Assembly (NCBI GenBank): GCA_020350565.1
Contig: CP070718.1
Location: forward strand, 1,496,863-1,519,471
Origin: Phycisphaerales bacterium
Lineage (GTDB): Bacteria; Planctomycetota; Phycisphaerae; UBA1845
Length of the DNA: 22,609 nucleotides
Direction of reading: 5' to 3'
Every line of letters starts with the position of its first letter. The stretch's first letter is position 1. The notes under the pieces are model-generated. The model saw only the letters and a program-made list of their open reading frames with translations, was not told the origin of the DNA and did no database searches. Made by a program: the position numbers and the translations under genes. Shown here one piece after another: positions 15,838 through 22,609 of the stretch.

Positions 15838-17232
15838 TTACTTCGTCGCCTCCTCCGCATCGGCCGGCTCCAGATTGCGAATCCAGGCGACGGCCGCCTC
15901 CAGAGCCGGATCACGCCCGCCAAGCAGATCTTCGCGCGTCGGCTCAATCACCACATCCGGCAACACGCCGATCCCTTCGATCGGCTGGCCGCCGGGCAAT
16001 TCGTCCCGCGCGACCGCGTATTTGAAGCGATCGCCGTTGGGCAGCTTGTCGATCGTGGCCGGGAGTGACGCGCCGGCCGAACGTGAGCCGAACACGCGGG
16101 CACGCCCCAGGTCCCGCAGCCCGCCCGCGAACATCTCCGCTGAAGAGGCAGTCAGCCCATCCACCAGAATCGCCAATTTCCCGTCATACGTCTTGGCGCG
16201 GGGCGTGATGATGGCCTTGAACTCCTGGTCACGCGTGAACTCCTTGCACAGGTAGTTGCCTTCTTCCTTAACGAACCAGCCCGCCATCCATATGGGCATC
16301 GCCCCAAGGCCGCCTCCATTGCCGCGAAGATCGATCACGATTCCTTCCGTTTCCAGGAAGGACTCCAGGGCTTCGTTGTAGGCGCGCATCAGGTAAGCCG
16401 GGTCGGTAAACTCGTTAAACGCGATGTAGCCGACGTCCTCACCAACGTGACGCGATTCGAACCACACACGATGGGGCGCAACCTCTCCGATCCGGTAGGC
16501 CTCCTTGCCTCGAGGCTCGACGCGATGAAGATTCAGCACCCTTTTCCGATCGTCGCCGTCGAGGAAGGTGACCTGAACCTTGCCGCCGAGCGGCCCGTTC
16601 AGCCTGCGGCCAACGGCGTAAGCCATCTCCGCCCGAGCCCAGGTCTTCGCCTCACACTGGCTTTCCGCATCGCGGATGAGCGAACTCACCTTCTCTCCGC
16701 CGACACGCGTGATCTCCCAGCCCGGTTGCACACCGGCCTCGTCGGCAGGCGAGCCCGCGGTCACTGCGGTGACCAGGACGCGATGGTCGATCACGCGAAG
16801 ATCAACACCCGTCACGCCGTAGCGCCGCGCTCCCGCGCCACCGGCGTCCTTGCTTTCCGTCTCGTAATACTCCCCCGGAATGATGTCAAAGTGCGACTGG
16901 TTCAGCCGCAGCAACATGTCCATCATCACGTCCCGAGCCTGGCTCATGGTGCACGCCTCTTGCACCTTGGGCCGCAACTCTTCGCGTACGGCCTCCCAGT
17001 CAAGCCCTCCGAGCGTGGGATCGAAATGCTTGTCGCGAACGGTAGTCCAGACGTAATCAAACGACTCCACGTTGAGGCTTCTCTGTTCCTGCGTTAGTAG
17101 CGGCTCTTTGGACGCCGATACGCATCCTGAAAACACGAATGCCAAACCGACCCAGGGCACCAATCCCAGCCGACATGGACGCAAGATGCGATGTCTATTC
17201 TCGTTCATGGTGGCGAAACCCGTGTTCATCAT
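15838..17232 (-). CDS. S41-family serine peptidase, tandem paralog of the downstream gene (about 60% identity by eye)
   Basis: The protein has the same architecture: lipobox VFSGCVS, then DYVWTTVRDKHFDPTLGGLDWEAVREEL, then LAILVDGLTASSAEMFAGGLRDLGRARVFGSRSAGA. The track ORF extends to 17772, but the first 180 codons or so are Arg-rich and non-homologous. The start is placed at ATG 17232 (MMNTG...), with an alternative at 17208. Confidence 0.8.
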   Translation of the reverse strand: MMNTGFATMNENRHRILRPCRLGLVPWVGLAFVFSGCVSASKEPLLTQEQRSLNVESFDYVWTTVRDKHFDPTLGGLDWEAVREELRPKVQEACTMSQARDVMMDMLLRLNQSHFDIIPGEYYETESKDAGGAGARRYGVTGVDLRVIDHRVLVTAVTAGSPADEAGVQPGWEITRVGGEKVSSLIRDAESQCEAKTWARAEMAYAVGRRLNGPLGGKVQVTFLDGDDRKRVLNLHRVEPRGKEAYRIGEVAPHRVWFESRHVGEDVGYIAFNEFTDPAYLMRAYNEALESFLETEGIVIDLRGNGGGLGAMPIWMAGWFVKEEGNYLCKEFTRDQEFKAIITPRAKTYDGKLAILVDGLTASSAEMFAGGLRDLGRARVFGSRSAGASLPATIDKLPNGDRFKYAVARDELPGGQPIEGIGVLPDVVIEPTREDLLGGRDPALEAAVAWIRNLEPADAEEATK

Positions 17233-17559
17233 CAGATCTCGCAAAGGGGAACGCCTCGCTATCGCCGCTTGCTCCCAAGACCAGGCCGTCACAAATCCGT
17301 CAGGTTTGCGGGGCGCTCCGGATTCAGCGGGCACTCGGGGCTCCAAGACCTTCACCATCCCCTGGATCATGCGACAGGATGAGCCGGCATGCCTCAACCC
17401 GGGAAACGGACAGATGTCTGTTCTTGTCGATGGGGCGCACGCCGATGATCGGACCGATGAGAATCGTGCAGCCAGGCGCTTGTTCATAGACGGTTCAACA
17501 CGGATCGTGCCTCTGCCGGCAAGGCGCTCGAATTCAGGACCGGCACGGAGGCGCCACTC

Positions 17560-17584
17560 AGTACAGCCGGCGTCTCTGCCGGCT
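17560..17584. repeat. GC-rich hairpin element, copy A (AGTACAGCCGGCGTCTCTGCCGGCT); exact 25-bp inverted repeat of 18605..18629
   Basis: Read directly from the sequence. The stem is AGCCGGC/GCCGGCT with a 6-nt loop GTCTCT. It lies 53 nt downstream of the yigZ stop. A partial copy (CTCTGCCGGC) is at 17510-17519. Confidence 0.8.
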
Positions 17585-17636
17585 TGCACCGGCATGGAGG
17601 CCGATCCTACTCGGCAGGAACCGCTGACCTTGATCC

Positions 17637-18245
17637 TCAAGCCAGCGGTTGAAGATGTATCTTTCCCGCAGACAGATCGCGGATTCTCCGGGAGAATTCG
17701 GCCAGTCGCTCTTCGGGAATCTGAAGCGTGAGGCCCACTTCCGCTCCGAAATCCTCGCCTTCGACGACGCACTCATATTCTGGAAAGAGCAGGCGTACGC
17801 GTTCAAGGAGCCCGTAGGGAATAGTGAGCGCCAAGCGGATGCGCCGCACCTTCTCCTCCGTCTCGAGGGCTTGGAAGGCAGCCTTGGCCGCGTGTGTGTA
17901 GGCCGTCACCAAACCGCCGGTTCCCAACTTGGTGCCGCCGAAGTAGCGGCTGATGACCAGCACGACGTCGCCGACGTCCGCTCCACGCAGAACGGCCAGC
18001 GCCGGCGGACCGGCCGTCCCGGACGGTTCTCCGGCGTCGCTCAGACCCTCCGAAACACTCGGGCCGTACCCGATTTTGTAGGCATAGACGTGGTGCGTGG
18101 CGTCGGGCATCTCTTCCCGAACACCCCGAATGAAATCCTGCGCCTCCTTGGTGGAAAAAGCAGGCGCGACGGTAGCGATGAATCGCGAGTTGGAAACGCG
18201 AATCTCTACGCGTGCCTGTCCCTTGGGGATTCGATAGCGAGCCAT
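17637..18245 (-). CDS. yigZ: YigZ / IMPACT-family protein (UPF0029)
   Basis: The sequence aligns with E. coli YigZ recalled from memory (SRFIATVAPA...HHVYAYKIG...SDAGEPSGTAGPP...VLVISRYFGGTKLGTGGLVTAYTHAA). The start is placed at ATG 18245 (MARYRIPKG). The track start at 18446 adds an Arg-rich, non-homologous leader. Confidence 0.8.
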   Translation of the reverse strand: MARYRIPKGQARVEIRVSNSRFIATVAPAFSTKEAQDFIRGVREEMPDATHHVYAYKIGYGPSVSEGLSDAGEPSGTAGPPALAVLRGADVGDVVLVISRYFGGTKLGTGGLVTAYTHAAKAAFQALETEEKVRRIRLALTIPYGLLERVRLLFPEYECVVEGEDFGAEVGLTLQIPEERLAEFSRRIRDLSAGKIHLQPLA

Positions 18246-18276
18246 AACGACCTGGTCGGTGCCCCCGTCCCGGCAC

Positions 18277-18459
18277 TCAGTTAATCCACGCGGCCTTGCG
18301 GACGCCGATGCCGATGACTTTACGGCACTGGGGACAGATGAACAGGTATTCCGCGTTAACCGCCTGAATTTGCCGCCAGTGAACTTCCTCGATTTCCCGC
18401 TCACAGTGCGGACAGATGGGGTCGTAGGTCGCTTCCGTCGACGCAAGTTTCATGACCAT
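18277..18459 (-). CDS. small zinc-ribbon protein (60 aa; CPHC ... CPQC)
   Basis: The ORF starts ATGGTCATG and is preceded by AGGAG at a 7-nt spacing. Two CxxC pairs lie about 25 aa apart. It ends 31 nt upstream of yigZ on the same strand. Confidence 0.5.
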   Translation of the reverse strand: MVMKLASTEATYDPICPHCEREIEEVHWRQIQAVNAEYLFICPQCRKVIGIGVRKAAWIN

Positions 18460-18531
18460 TGGGTAACTCCTGGACTCCTAACCGTTGGATAATTGCTGGA
18501 CTCCAGACCATTGGGTGATTCCTGGACTCCT
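18454..18531. repeat. 52-bp-period direct duplication of the translation-initiation region (GACCATTGGGT[A/G]A[C/T]TCCTGGACTCCT x2, 24/26 identical), with a third CTGGACTCC between them
   Basis: Copy 1 is at 18454-18479 and includes the zinc-ribbon start codon. Copy 2 is at 18506-18531 and supplies a second AGGAG...ATG, out of frame, that opens a 36-aa ORF (18401..18511). Confidence 0.7.
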
Positions 18532-18604
18532 CTAACCTCTGCCAAGGTCGACGGCACGTCGAGGACACACCCTCGCAGCTTTCGGTCCTACGTGCCGGCG
18601 CCTC

Positions 18605-18629
18605 AGCCGGCAGAGACGCCGGCTGTACT
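18605..18629. repeat. GC-rich hairpin element, copy B (AGCCGGCAGAGACGCCGGCTGTACT); exact reverse complement of 17560..17584
   Basis: Read directly from the sequence. It lies between the flotillin stop (18785) and the zinc-ribbon start (18459), next to an AT-rich island at 18667-18712. Confidence 0.8.
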
Positions 18630-18784
18630 CGGCATGGCGCGCCGTCACCACATCTTACCCGGCTCCTCATTCGCTATTCGCTAATCTGAATTCTGCATTC
18701 ATAAAAAGGGTGAGCATCGTCCTGCAAACCGGGCGAGGTGCAACGCACTTGTGCAGGGCTCTGCCCACCCTCGTCTTGCTGTGC

Positions 18785-20140
18785 CTATGGTTTTTCGCCG
18801 GAAGCGGCCGCAGTCAGTGCGGTTTGCGATCCGCCACCACCCTTCTTGCCGCCAACCTTTCCGGCAATCGATTGGGTCAGTTCACGAAGGTCAATGCCCA
18901 GGACCGATTCGAGCGCGCCCATGGACTCGGCCAGCATCTTGGCCCGCCCCATGGCAGCGCCGGTGATGCCACGGCCGTCGCCGCTGTCGAACACCGTCAC
19001 CTGACCGAGATCGACGTCCTTCACCGTACCGGCCAACTCTTTGACCACGTTCGGCATCATCTCGACCAGCATGACCTTCAGGGCATCAGGATGCTTTTGG
19101 ATTGACTGACCGATCTGCTCGATAGCGGCGGCACGCGCCTTACCTTCTTCAAGGACCGAGGCCGCATCACCCTCGGCCTTCGCACGGGCGACGTCGCGAT
19201 CGGCGATGGCCTTAGCCACCTCGGTCGCGGCCAACCGAGCCTGCTCCGCTTTCGCGGCAGCCTGCTGCTGCTCGGCCTCTTTGAGGGCGGCCTCGCGAGC
19301 AAGCTCCGCCTTGCGAATCCGCAGATCGTTGTCCGCCTCGGCGATGGCCTTCTCCGCCGAAAGCCGCGCGCTTTCGGCCTTCTGATGGGAAACGGCCTCG
19401 GCCGTCCTCGCCTCGGCATCTCGTTCGGCCTTGGCGCGACGTGCAGCGGCGTTGGCCTCCGCCTCCTTGGTGACCGCTTCAGCCGCCCGTTCCGCCTCTG
19501 CCTTTCGAGCTGCGGCGCGAACCTCCGCAGTGGCCTTTCGCGCAATCGACTCGAGATACTGCTCATCGTCGTGCACGTTTTGGATGTTGACGCTGTCGAT
19601 CAGCAGACCCAGTTTGCGGAAGTCGTCCGAGACCTCGCGCATAACCGTGGCCACGAACTTGTCGCGGTCCTCCACGATGTCCTCGGGCACCATCTTGCCG
19701 ATCACAGCACGCAGACCGCCCTCGAGTGTCTCGCGCGCCACGCGCTGAATCTCCTGCACCGGCTGACCGAGGAAACGCTCAATCGCGTTGGGCCGGACGT
19801 CCGGATCCGACGAGATCTTCACGTTGGCCACGCCGTTCACGATGATCGGCATCATCGTGCCGCCACCGGACTGGGCCTTCACTTCTAAAGCAACCTGCAA
19901 GTTGCGCAGGCTGAGGCGATCGACCTTCTCAAGAACGGGGATCACCAGGGTGCGACCGCCAATGACGATACGGTAACCGTGACCGTCGCGCTGCCGCTTG
20001 CCGCTGATGATCAGCATCTCGCTGGGATTGCCCACAACGATGAGCTTGAAGATGATCACGACGATCGCAAAAAACACCAACAGTACGACGAAACCCACAG
20101 CTATTGCCGGGCCGGCTGTCTCGGCCAAAGTCGGGTACAT
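18785..20140 (-). CDS. SPFH/band-7 flotillin-like protein (YqiK/FloT-like)
   Basis: An N-terminal TM is present (AIAVGFVVLLVFFAIVVIIF). The SPFH domain is followed by a long Ala/Glu/Arg-rich coiled-coil region (EAERAAEAVTKEAEANAAARRAKAERDAEAR...) and a flotillin C-terminal region. The start is placed at ATG 20140 (MYPTLAET). The track start at 20311 adds a non-homologous leader that overlaps the upstream gene. Confidence 0.85.
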   Translation of the reverse strand: MYPTLAETAGPAIAVGFVVLLVFFAIVVIIFKLIVVGNPSEMLIISGKRQRDGHGYRIVIGGRTLVIPVLEKVDRLSLRNLQVALEVKAQSGGGTMMPIIVNGVANVKISSDPDVRPNAIERFLGQPVQEIQRVARETLEGGLRAVIGKMVPEDIVEDRDKFVATVMREVSDDFRKLGLLIDSVNIQNVHDDEQYLESIARKATAEVRAAARKAEAERAAEAVTKEAEANAAARRAKAERDAEARTAEAVSHQKAESARLSAEKAIAEADNDLRIRKAELAREAALKEAEQQQAAAKAEQARLAATEVAKAIADRDVARAKAEGDAASVLEEGKARAAAIEQIGQSIQKHPDALKVMLVEMMPNVVKELAGTVKDVDLGQVTVFDSGDGRGITGAAMGRAKMLAESMGALESVLGIDLRELTQSIAGKVGGKKGGGGSQTALTAAASGEKP

Positions 20141-20153
20141 GCTCGCTAACACG

Positions 20154-20903
20154 CTATGCCTCCTTTTTGCCTTCGTTGAGGAATTCGTATTCCTGTCTGG
20201 AAATGACTTCCGCCACGCCGGCGCGATAGGCCACCACATACACCTGGTCGCCGACCGAAAAGCCCGTGTCCTCACGCTTGGAGATGGCGGGCACAAACCG
20301 CTCGGCGTCACTGACGCTCAGAGCCACTTCGCCACGCTGCCGCGGGTTGATCGTTACCGTCACCCGCGCGGGCTTGTTCAGGTAGTCCCTCACTTGGACG
20401 GCGCTGTTACCTGAAGTGCGACGAATCGTCCGAAAGGTCTGATGGGCAACCTGACCGATGATCATGCCACCGACCAAAGCGACGAGCAAGGTCACCGGTT
20501 CCCTGATGTCGCTCAAGTGCGTGAAGATGGCCCCGATCGCCCCAAAGGCCGCGACGAAGAACACGACAAACCGCATCGAGAACCACGTCGAGACGGAGGA
20601 AATCGACCCGTGGTGCGCTGCCTCGAAATCGTGGCCGGCATCCACATCATGGCCCACGTCCACATCGTGTCCGATGTCCACATCGTGCCCGATGTCGAAG
20701 TCATGCCCGGCGTCGAAGCCGCCGACACCGTCCAGGTCGACGTCCGCACCAGCGGAGGCGTCGAAGTCCGCGCCGGCATGCCCACCAAAGGCGCCGAGGA
20801 CGGAAATCGCCAGGAGCCCACCGCCGACGATGAGGCAGACCCAATAGGCGGCCGAGAAGGTCGACCAGATGTCTGCTAGTGTAAGCATGAGTTGATCAGT
20901 CAT
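20154..20903 (-). CDS. NfeD/YqiJ-like membrane protein with a C-terminal OB-fold; operon partner of flotillin
   Basis: N-terminal TM helices are present, followed by a His/Asp-rich periplasmic stretch and a C-terminal beta domain (ARVTVTINPRQRGEVALSVSDAERFVPAISKREDTGFSVGDQVYVV). E. coli YqiJ, recalled from memory, has a His/Asp-rich stretch in the same position. GAGGTG lies 5 nt upstream of the ATG at 20903. The gene order nfeD then flotillin is the conserved arrangement. Confidence 0.8.
   Translation of the reverse strand: MTDQLMLTLADIWSTFSAAYWVCLIVGGGLLAISVLGAFGGHAGADFDASAGADVDLDGVGGFDAGHDFDIGHDVDIGHDVDVGHDVDAGHDFEAAHHGSISSVSTWFSMRFVVFFVAAFGAIGAIFTHLSDIREPVTLLVALVGGMIIGQVAHQTFRTIRRTSGNSAVQVRDYLNKPARVTVTINPRQRGEVALSVSDAERFVPAISKREDTGFSVGDQVYVVAYRAGVAEVISRQEYEFLNEGKKEA
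20657..20730. repeat. in-frame tandem 18-bp coding repeats (GTCCACATCGTG[T/C]CCGAT-like) encoding a (G-H-D-[VF]-D-[IVA]) x5 hexapeptide array
   Basis: Read from the DNA and from the translated protein (DAGHDFDIGHDVDIGHDVDVGHDVDAGHDFE). Confidence 0.7.
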
Positions 20904-21275
20904 CGTTGCACCTCGCCTTTCCGCTTGAGGCCTATCCCCGGAGTGGAGCGAAGATCTGCCTTGGCCTCACCTATAACATACCACACCGTCGGCAATGCGA
21001 AATTCGAATTCTCGGCCTCTTTTATAACGACGCGGCAGAGTCTTTCAGATCGGCAACGGCGCCGTGAGTCAGAAGCTTAAAGCCCCCAAAACCACCCGTT
21101 TCCCTGGAGCATCTTCGCAGACCGAAGGACACGAGGCGATCGACGCTAAAGACAATCGGCTACCAAATTGAAGCATCAGCGAGACTACGCCCAGCCGCGC
21201 CCCAACCTGGGGAACGAAGCATTACGGACGTCGACTATCCCGAAGGCCCCCTGATGCCTCCGTCGAGACTAAAAC

Positions 21276-22609
21276 CTAGTTCACCTCCACCGGTACCTCT
21301 TTGGGTGACTCCAGGTCTTTCCGCAAGATGGGCATTCGGTCCTTGAAAATCACGACACTTCGGTCGTAGAAAGGAATATTCCTGGCCGGGGGGATCGCCT
21401 CTTCGCTGTTGGCGAAAATGACCGTAATCCCACCACCTTCGATGCCCGGATGGCGGGCCGTGCACAGGATCGCGTGCGCCGGCTCCATGTACTCGACGCC
21501 GTCGAAGACGAACCCGCTCTCCGGCCAGGCAACGGGGTAGTTGATCGACTGCAGATAGGCGTCAACGTAGGGATCGCGTACGACCTCGCCGAGGATCAAC
21601 AGACAGCGTTCCGCGAGTTCGCCTCGTCGAACCTCTCCGGCAACGAAGGTGACGCGCTCATCTTCCTCGAAGCTCTTCTCAAAGATCTCCTTGACGCCGC
21701 TGTATTGCTCAGGCAAATCCCCCTCAGGAATAACCATGGCGAAGGCGGACCCGTAGCGCGTGCGAGCTGTCGTGGGAACGATCTCGTCGAGGCCGACCTT
21801 GCGGAAGGTGTGGTAGTCCGGATCGACGATGACTGCCCGGGGCTCAAACTCGAGCTCAAATGTGGCCTCGGCGACGGACTCACTCATCGTGACGGTCAGA
21901 TCGAGCACGCCATTCTCGTGAACGACGCAAATCGGCACCTCCAGATCAAACCCGGATTCGCCCTGGGAGATCGTAAGCGTCAACGTTTCTTCCCCCGAAT
22001 CGAAGCTCGCGGAGAGGGCCTCCAGCGCAGGCGCACCCCCCTCGCGGACCCACTGATAGAAGAACCGTTCCAGCGATTGGCCGGATTCCTCCTCACAAAG
22101 ACGGCGGATATCCTCCCACGAGGCGTGCCGGCCCGTGTACTCGCTCGTCAAGCGACGCATGGCGGCAAACAAGGTCTCCTCTCCGATTTTCCGTGCGAGC
22201 ATGTGGAAAACCATCGCCCCTTTGTTGTAGGCGATGCCGCGCCCGCAACCATCAGGTTGATCGTACGTGCCGAGTGGCTTGTCATCCTCAGGCTTGAGGC
22301 TGCTCAGGAAATGACAATAGTTGCGGCGTTTGCGGCGGGCCTCGTCCTCCTTGCCGTCGAGCACGTAGCCGTAGTAGTTCGTGTAGTAGCTGGTGAGCGA
22401 CTCACACCAGTTCCCGTCACGCGGGTCGACAAACACGCCGTTGCCCCACCACGAATGCAGAAACTCGTGGTCCAGCATTCCGTGGCGGGTCTGCGCTCGC
22501 CTGCCCATCTGGATGACATCAGAAAAGAGCAGGGTGAACGTCGGAAATGCAAACCCGCTGGAGAAGAAGTTGTCAACAACGGTGTACTCTTTCGCGGGAT
22601 AAGGGCCGA
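21276..22609 (-). CDS. M1-family zinc metallopeptidase (aminopeptidase N-like), C-terminal portion; the N-terminus lies beyond the window edge
   Basis: The zinc-binding HExxH region is GMLDHEFLHSWWGNGV, with a downstream Glu (NWCESLTSYY) matching the M1 pattern HExxH-x18-E. The frame is open from 22508 to the window end without a stop, so the ATG at 22508 is internal. Confidence 0.75.
   Translation of the reverse strand, partial: GPYPAKEYTVVDNFFSSGFAFPTFTLLFSDVIQMGRRAQTRHGMLDHEFLHSWWGNGVFVDPRDGNWCESLTSYYTNYYGYVLDGKEDEARRKRRNYCHFLSSLKPEDDKPLGTYDQPDGCGRGIAYNKGAMVFHMLARKIGEETLFAAMRRLTSEYTGRHASWEDIRRLCEEESGQSLERFFYQWVREGGAPALEALSASFDSGEETLTLTISQGESGFDLEVPICVVHENGVLDLTVTMSESVAEATFELEFEPRAVIVDPDYHTFRKVGLDEIVPTTARTRYGSAFAMVIPEGDLPEQYSGVKEIFEKSFEEDERVTFVAGEVRRGELAERCLLILGEVVRDPYVDAYLQSINYPVAWPESGFVFDGVEYMEPAHAILCTARHPGIEGGGITVIFANSEEAIPPARNIPFYDRSVVIFKDRMPILRKDLESPKEVPVEVN

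Noticed and set aside
14815-17097. Plus-strand ORFs 14815..16068 (417 aa) and 16447..17097 (216 aa)
   Set aside because: They are antisense to the two S41 peptidase genes and have no motifs.
17233-17772. N-terminal 180 codons of track ORF 15838..17772, and ORFs 17072..17731 +, 17139..17489 +
   Set aside because: The extension is Arg-rich and lacks similarity to the downstream S41 paralog, whose lipoprotein signal begins at ATG 17232. The plus-strand ORFs are compositionally junk.
18246-18446. Upstream extension of the yigZ ORF (track start 18446) and of the flotillin ORF (track start 20311)
   Set aside because: Homology to YigZ and to flotillin begins at internal ATGs (18245 and 20140). The extensions overlap the upstream genes and are Arg-rich.
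1-22609. CRISPR arrays, tRNA/rRNA genes, integrase/transposase genes
   Set aside because: No regularly spaced direct repeats with unique spacers were found. I recognised no cloverleaf-compatible segments or rRNA-like conserved blocks. No recombinase-like ORF is present, so the hairpin-bracketed yigZ unit has no self-encoded mobility function.

Overview
This is a high-GC (about 62-64%) bacterial chromosomal window. The long HME-RND pump and the many zinc-ribbon membrane proteins suggest a Planctomycetota-like organism, but that is inference only. Almost every gene is on the minus strand.

Part 1 - features, from high to low coordinate:
- M1-family metallopeptidase, truncated at the window edge.
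- A YqiJ/NfeD-like membrane protein followed by an SPFH/flotillin gene (the classic nfeD-flotillin pair).
- A 60-aa zinc-ribbon ORF followed by a YigZ/IMPACT-family gene.
- Two tandem paralogous S41 lipoprotein peptidases.
- A LolA-like secreted protein.
- A zinc-ribbon polytopic membrane protein.
- A heavy-metal efflux operon: a Cys-rich small ORF, then an outer-membrane factor, then a periplasmic adaptor carrying three heavy-metal-binding domains plus a C-terminal YHS domain, then an unusually long (about 1360 aa) CusA/CzcA RND pump.
- A ThiD2-ThiE fusion (thiamine-phosphate synthase).
- A second zinc-ribbon membrane protein, a membrane protein of unknown function, and a NUDIX hydrolase.
- On the plus strand, one lower-GC hypothetical ORF at the left edge.
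- No rRNA, tRNA or CRISPR array was recognisable.

Part 2 - observations worth a second look:
- An exact 25-bp inverted-repeat hairpin pair brackets the roughly 1-kb zinc-ribbon + yigZ unit.
- The translation-initiation region of the small zinc-ribbon gene is duplicated 52 bp apart, which creates a possible overlapping 36-aa leader ORF.
- The cusA-thiE intergenic region is built from nested palindromic repeats (GGTGGCATGGGCAGACC-N3-GGTCTGCCCGTGC).
- A candidate Cys-cluster (CCCCEVGKCPCGC) small membrane protein sits at the head of the efflux operon.
- The RND pump carries extra transmembrane insertions.
- The YqiJ-like protein contains a His/Asp hexapeptide repeat.

Many long plus-strand ORFs in the six-frame track are antisense shadow ORFs and were rejected.
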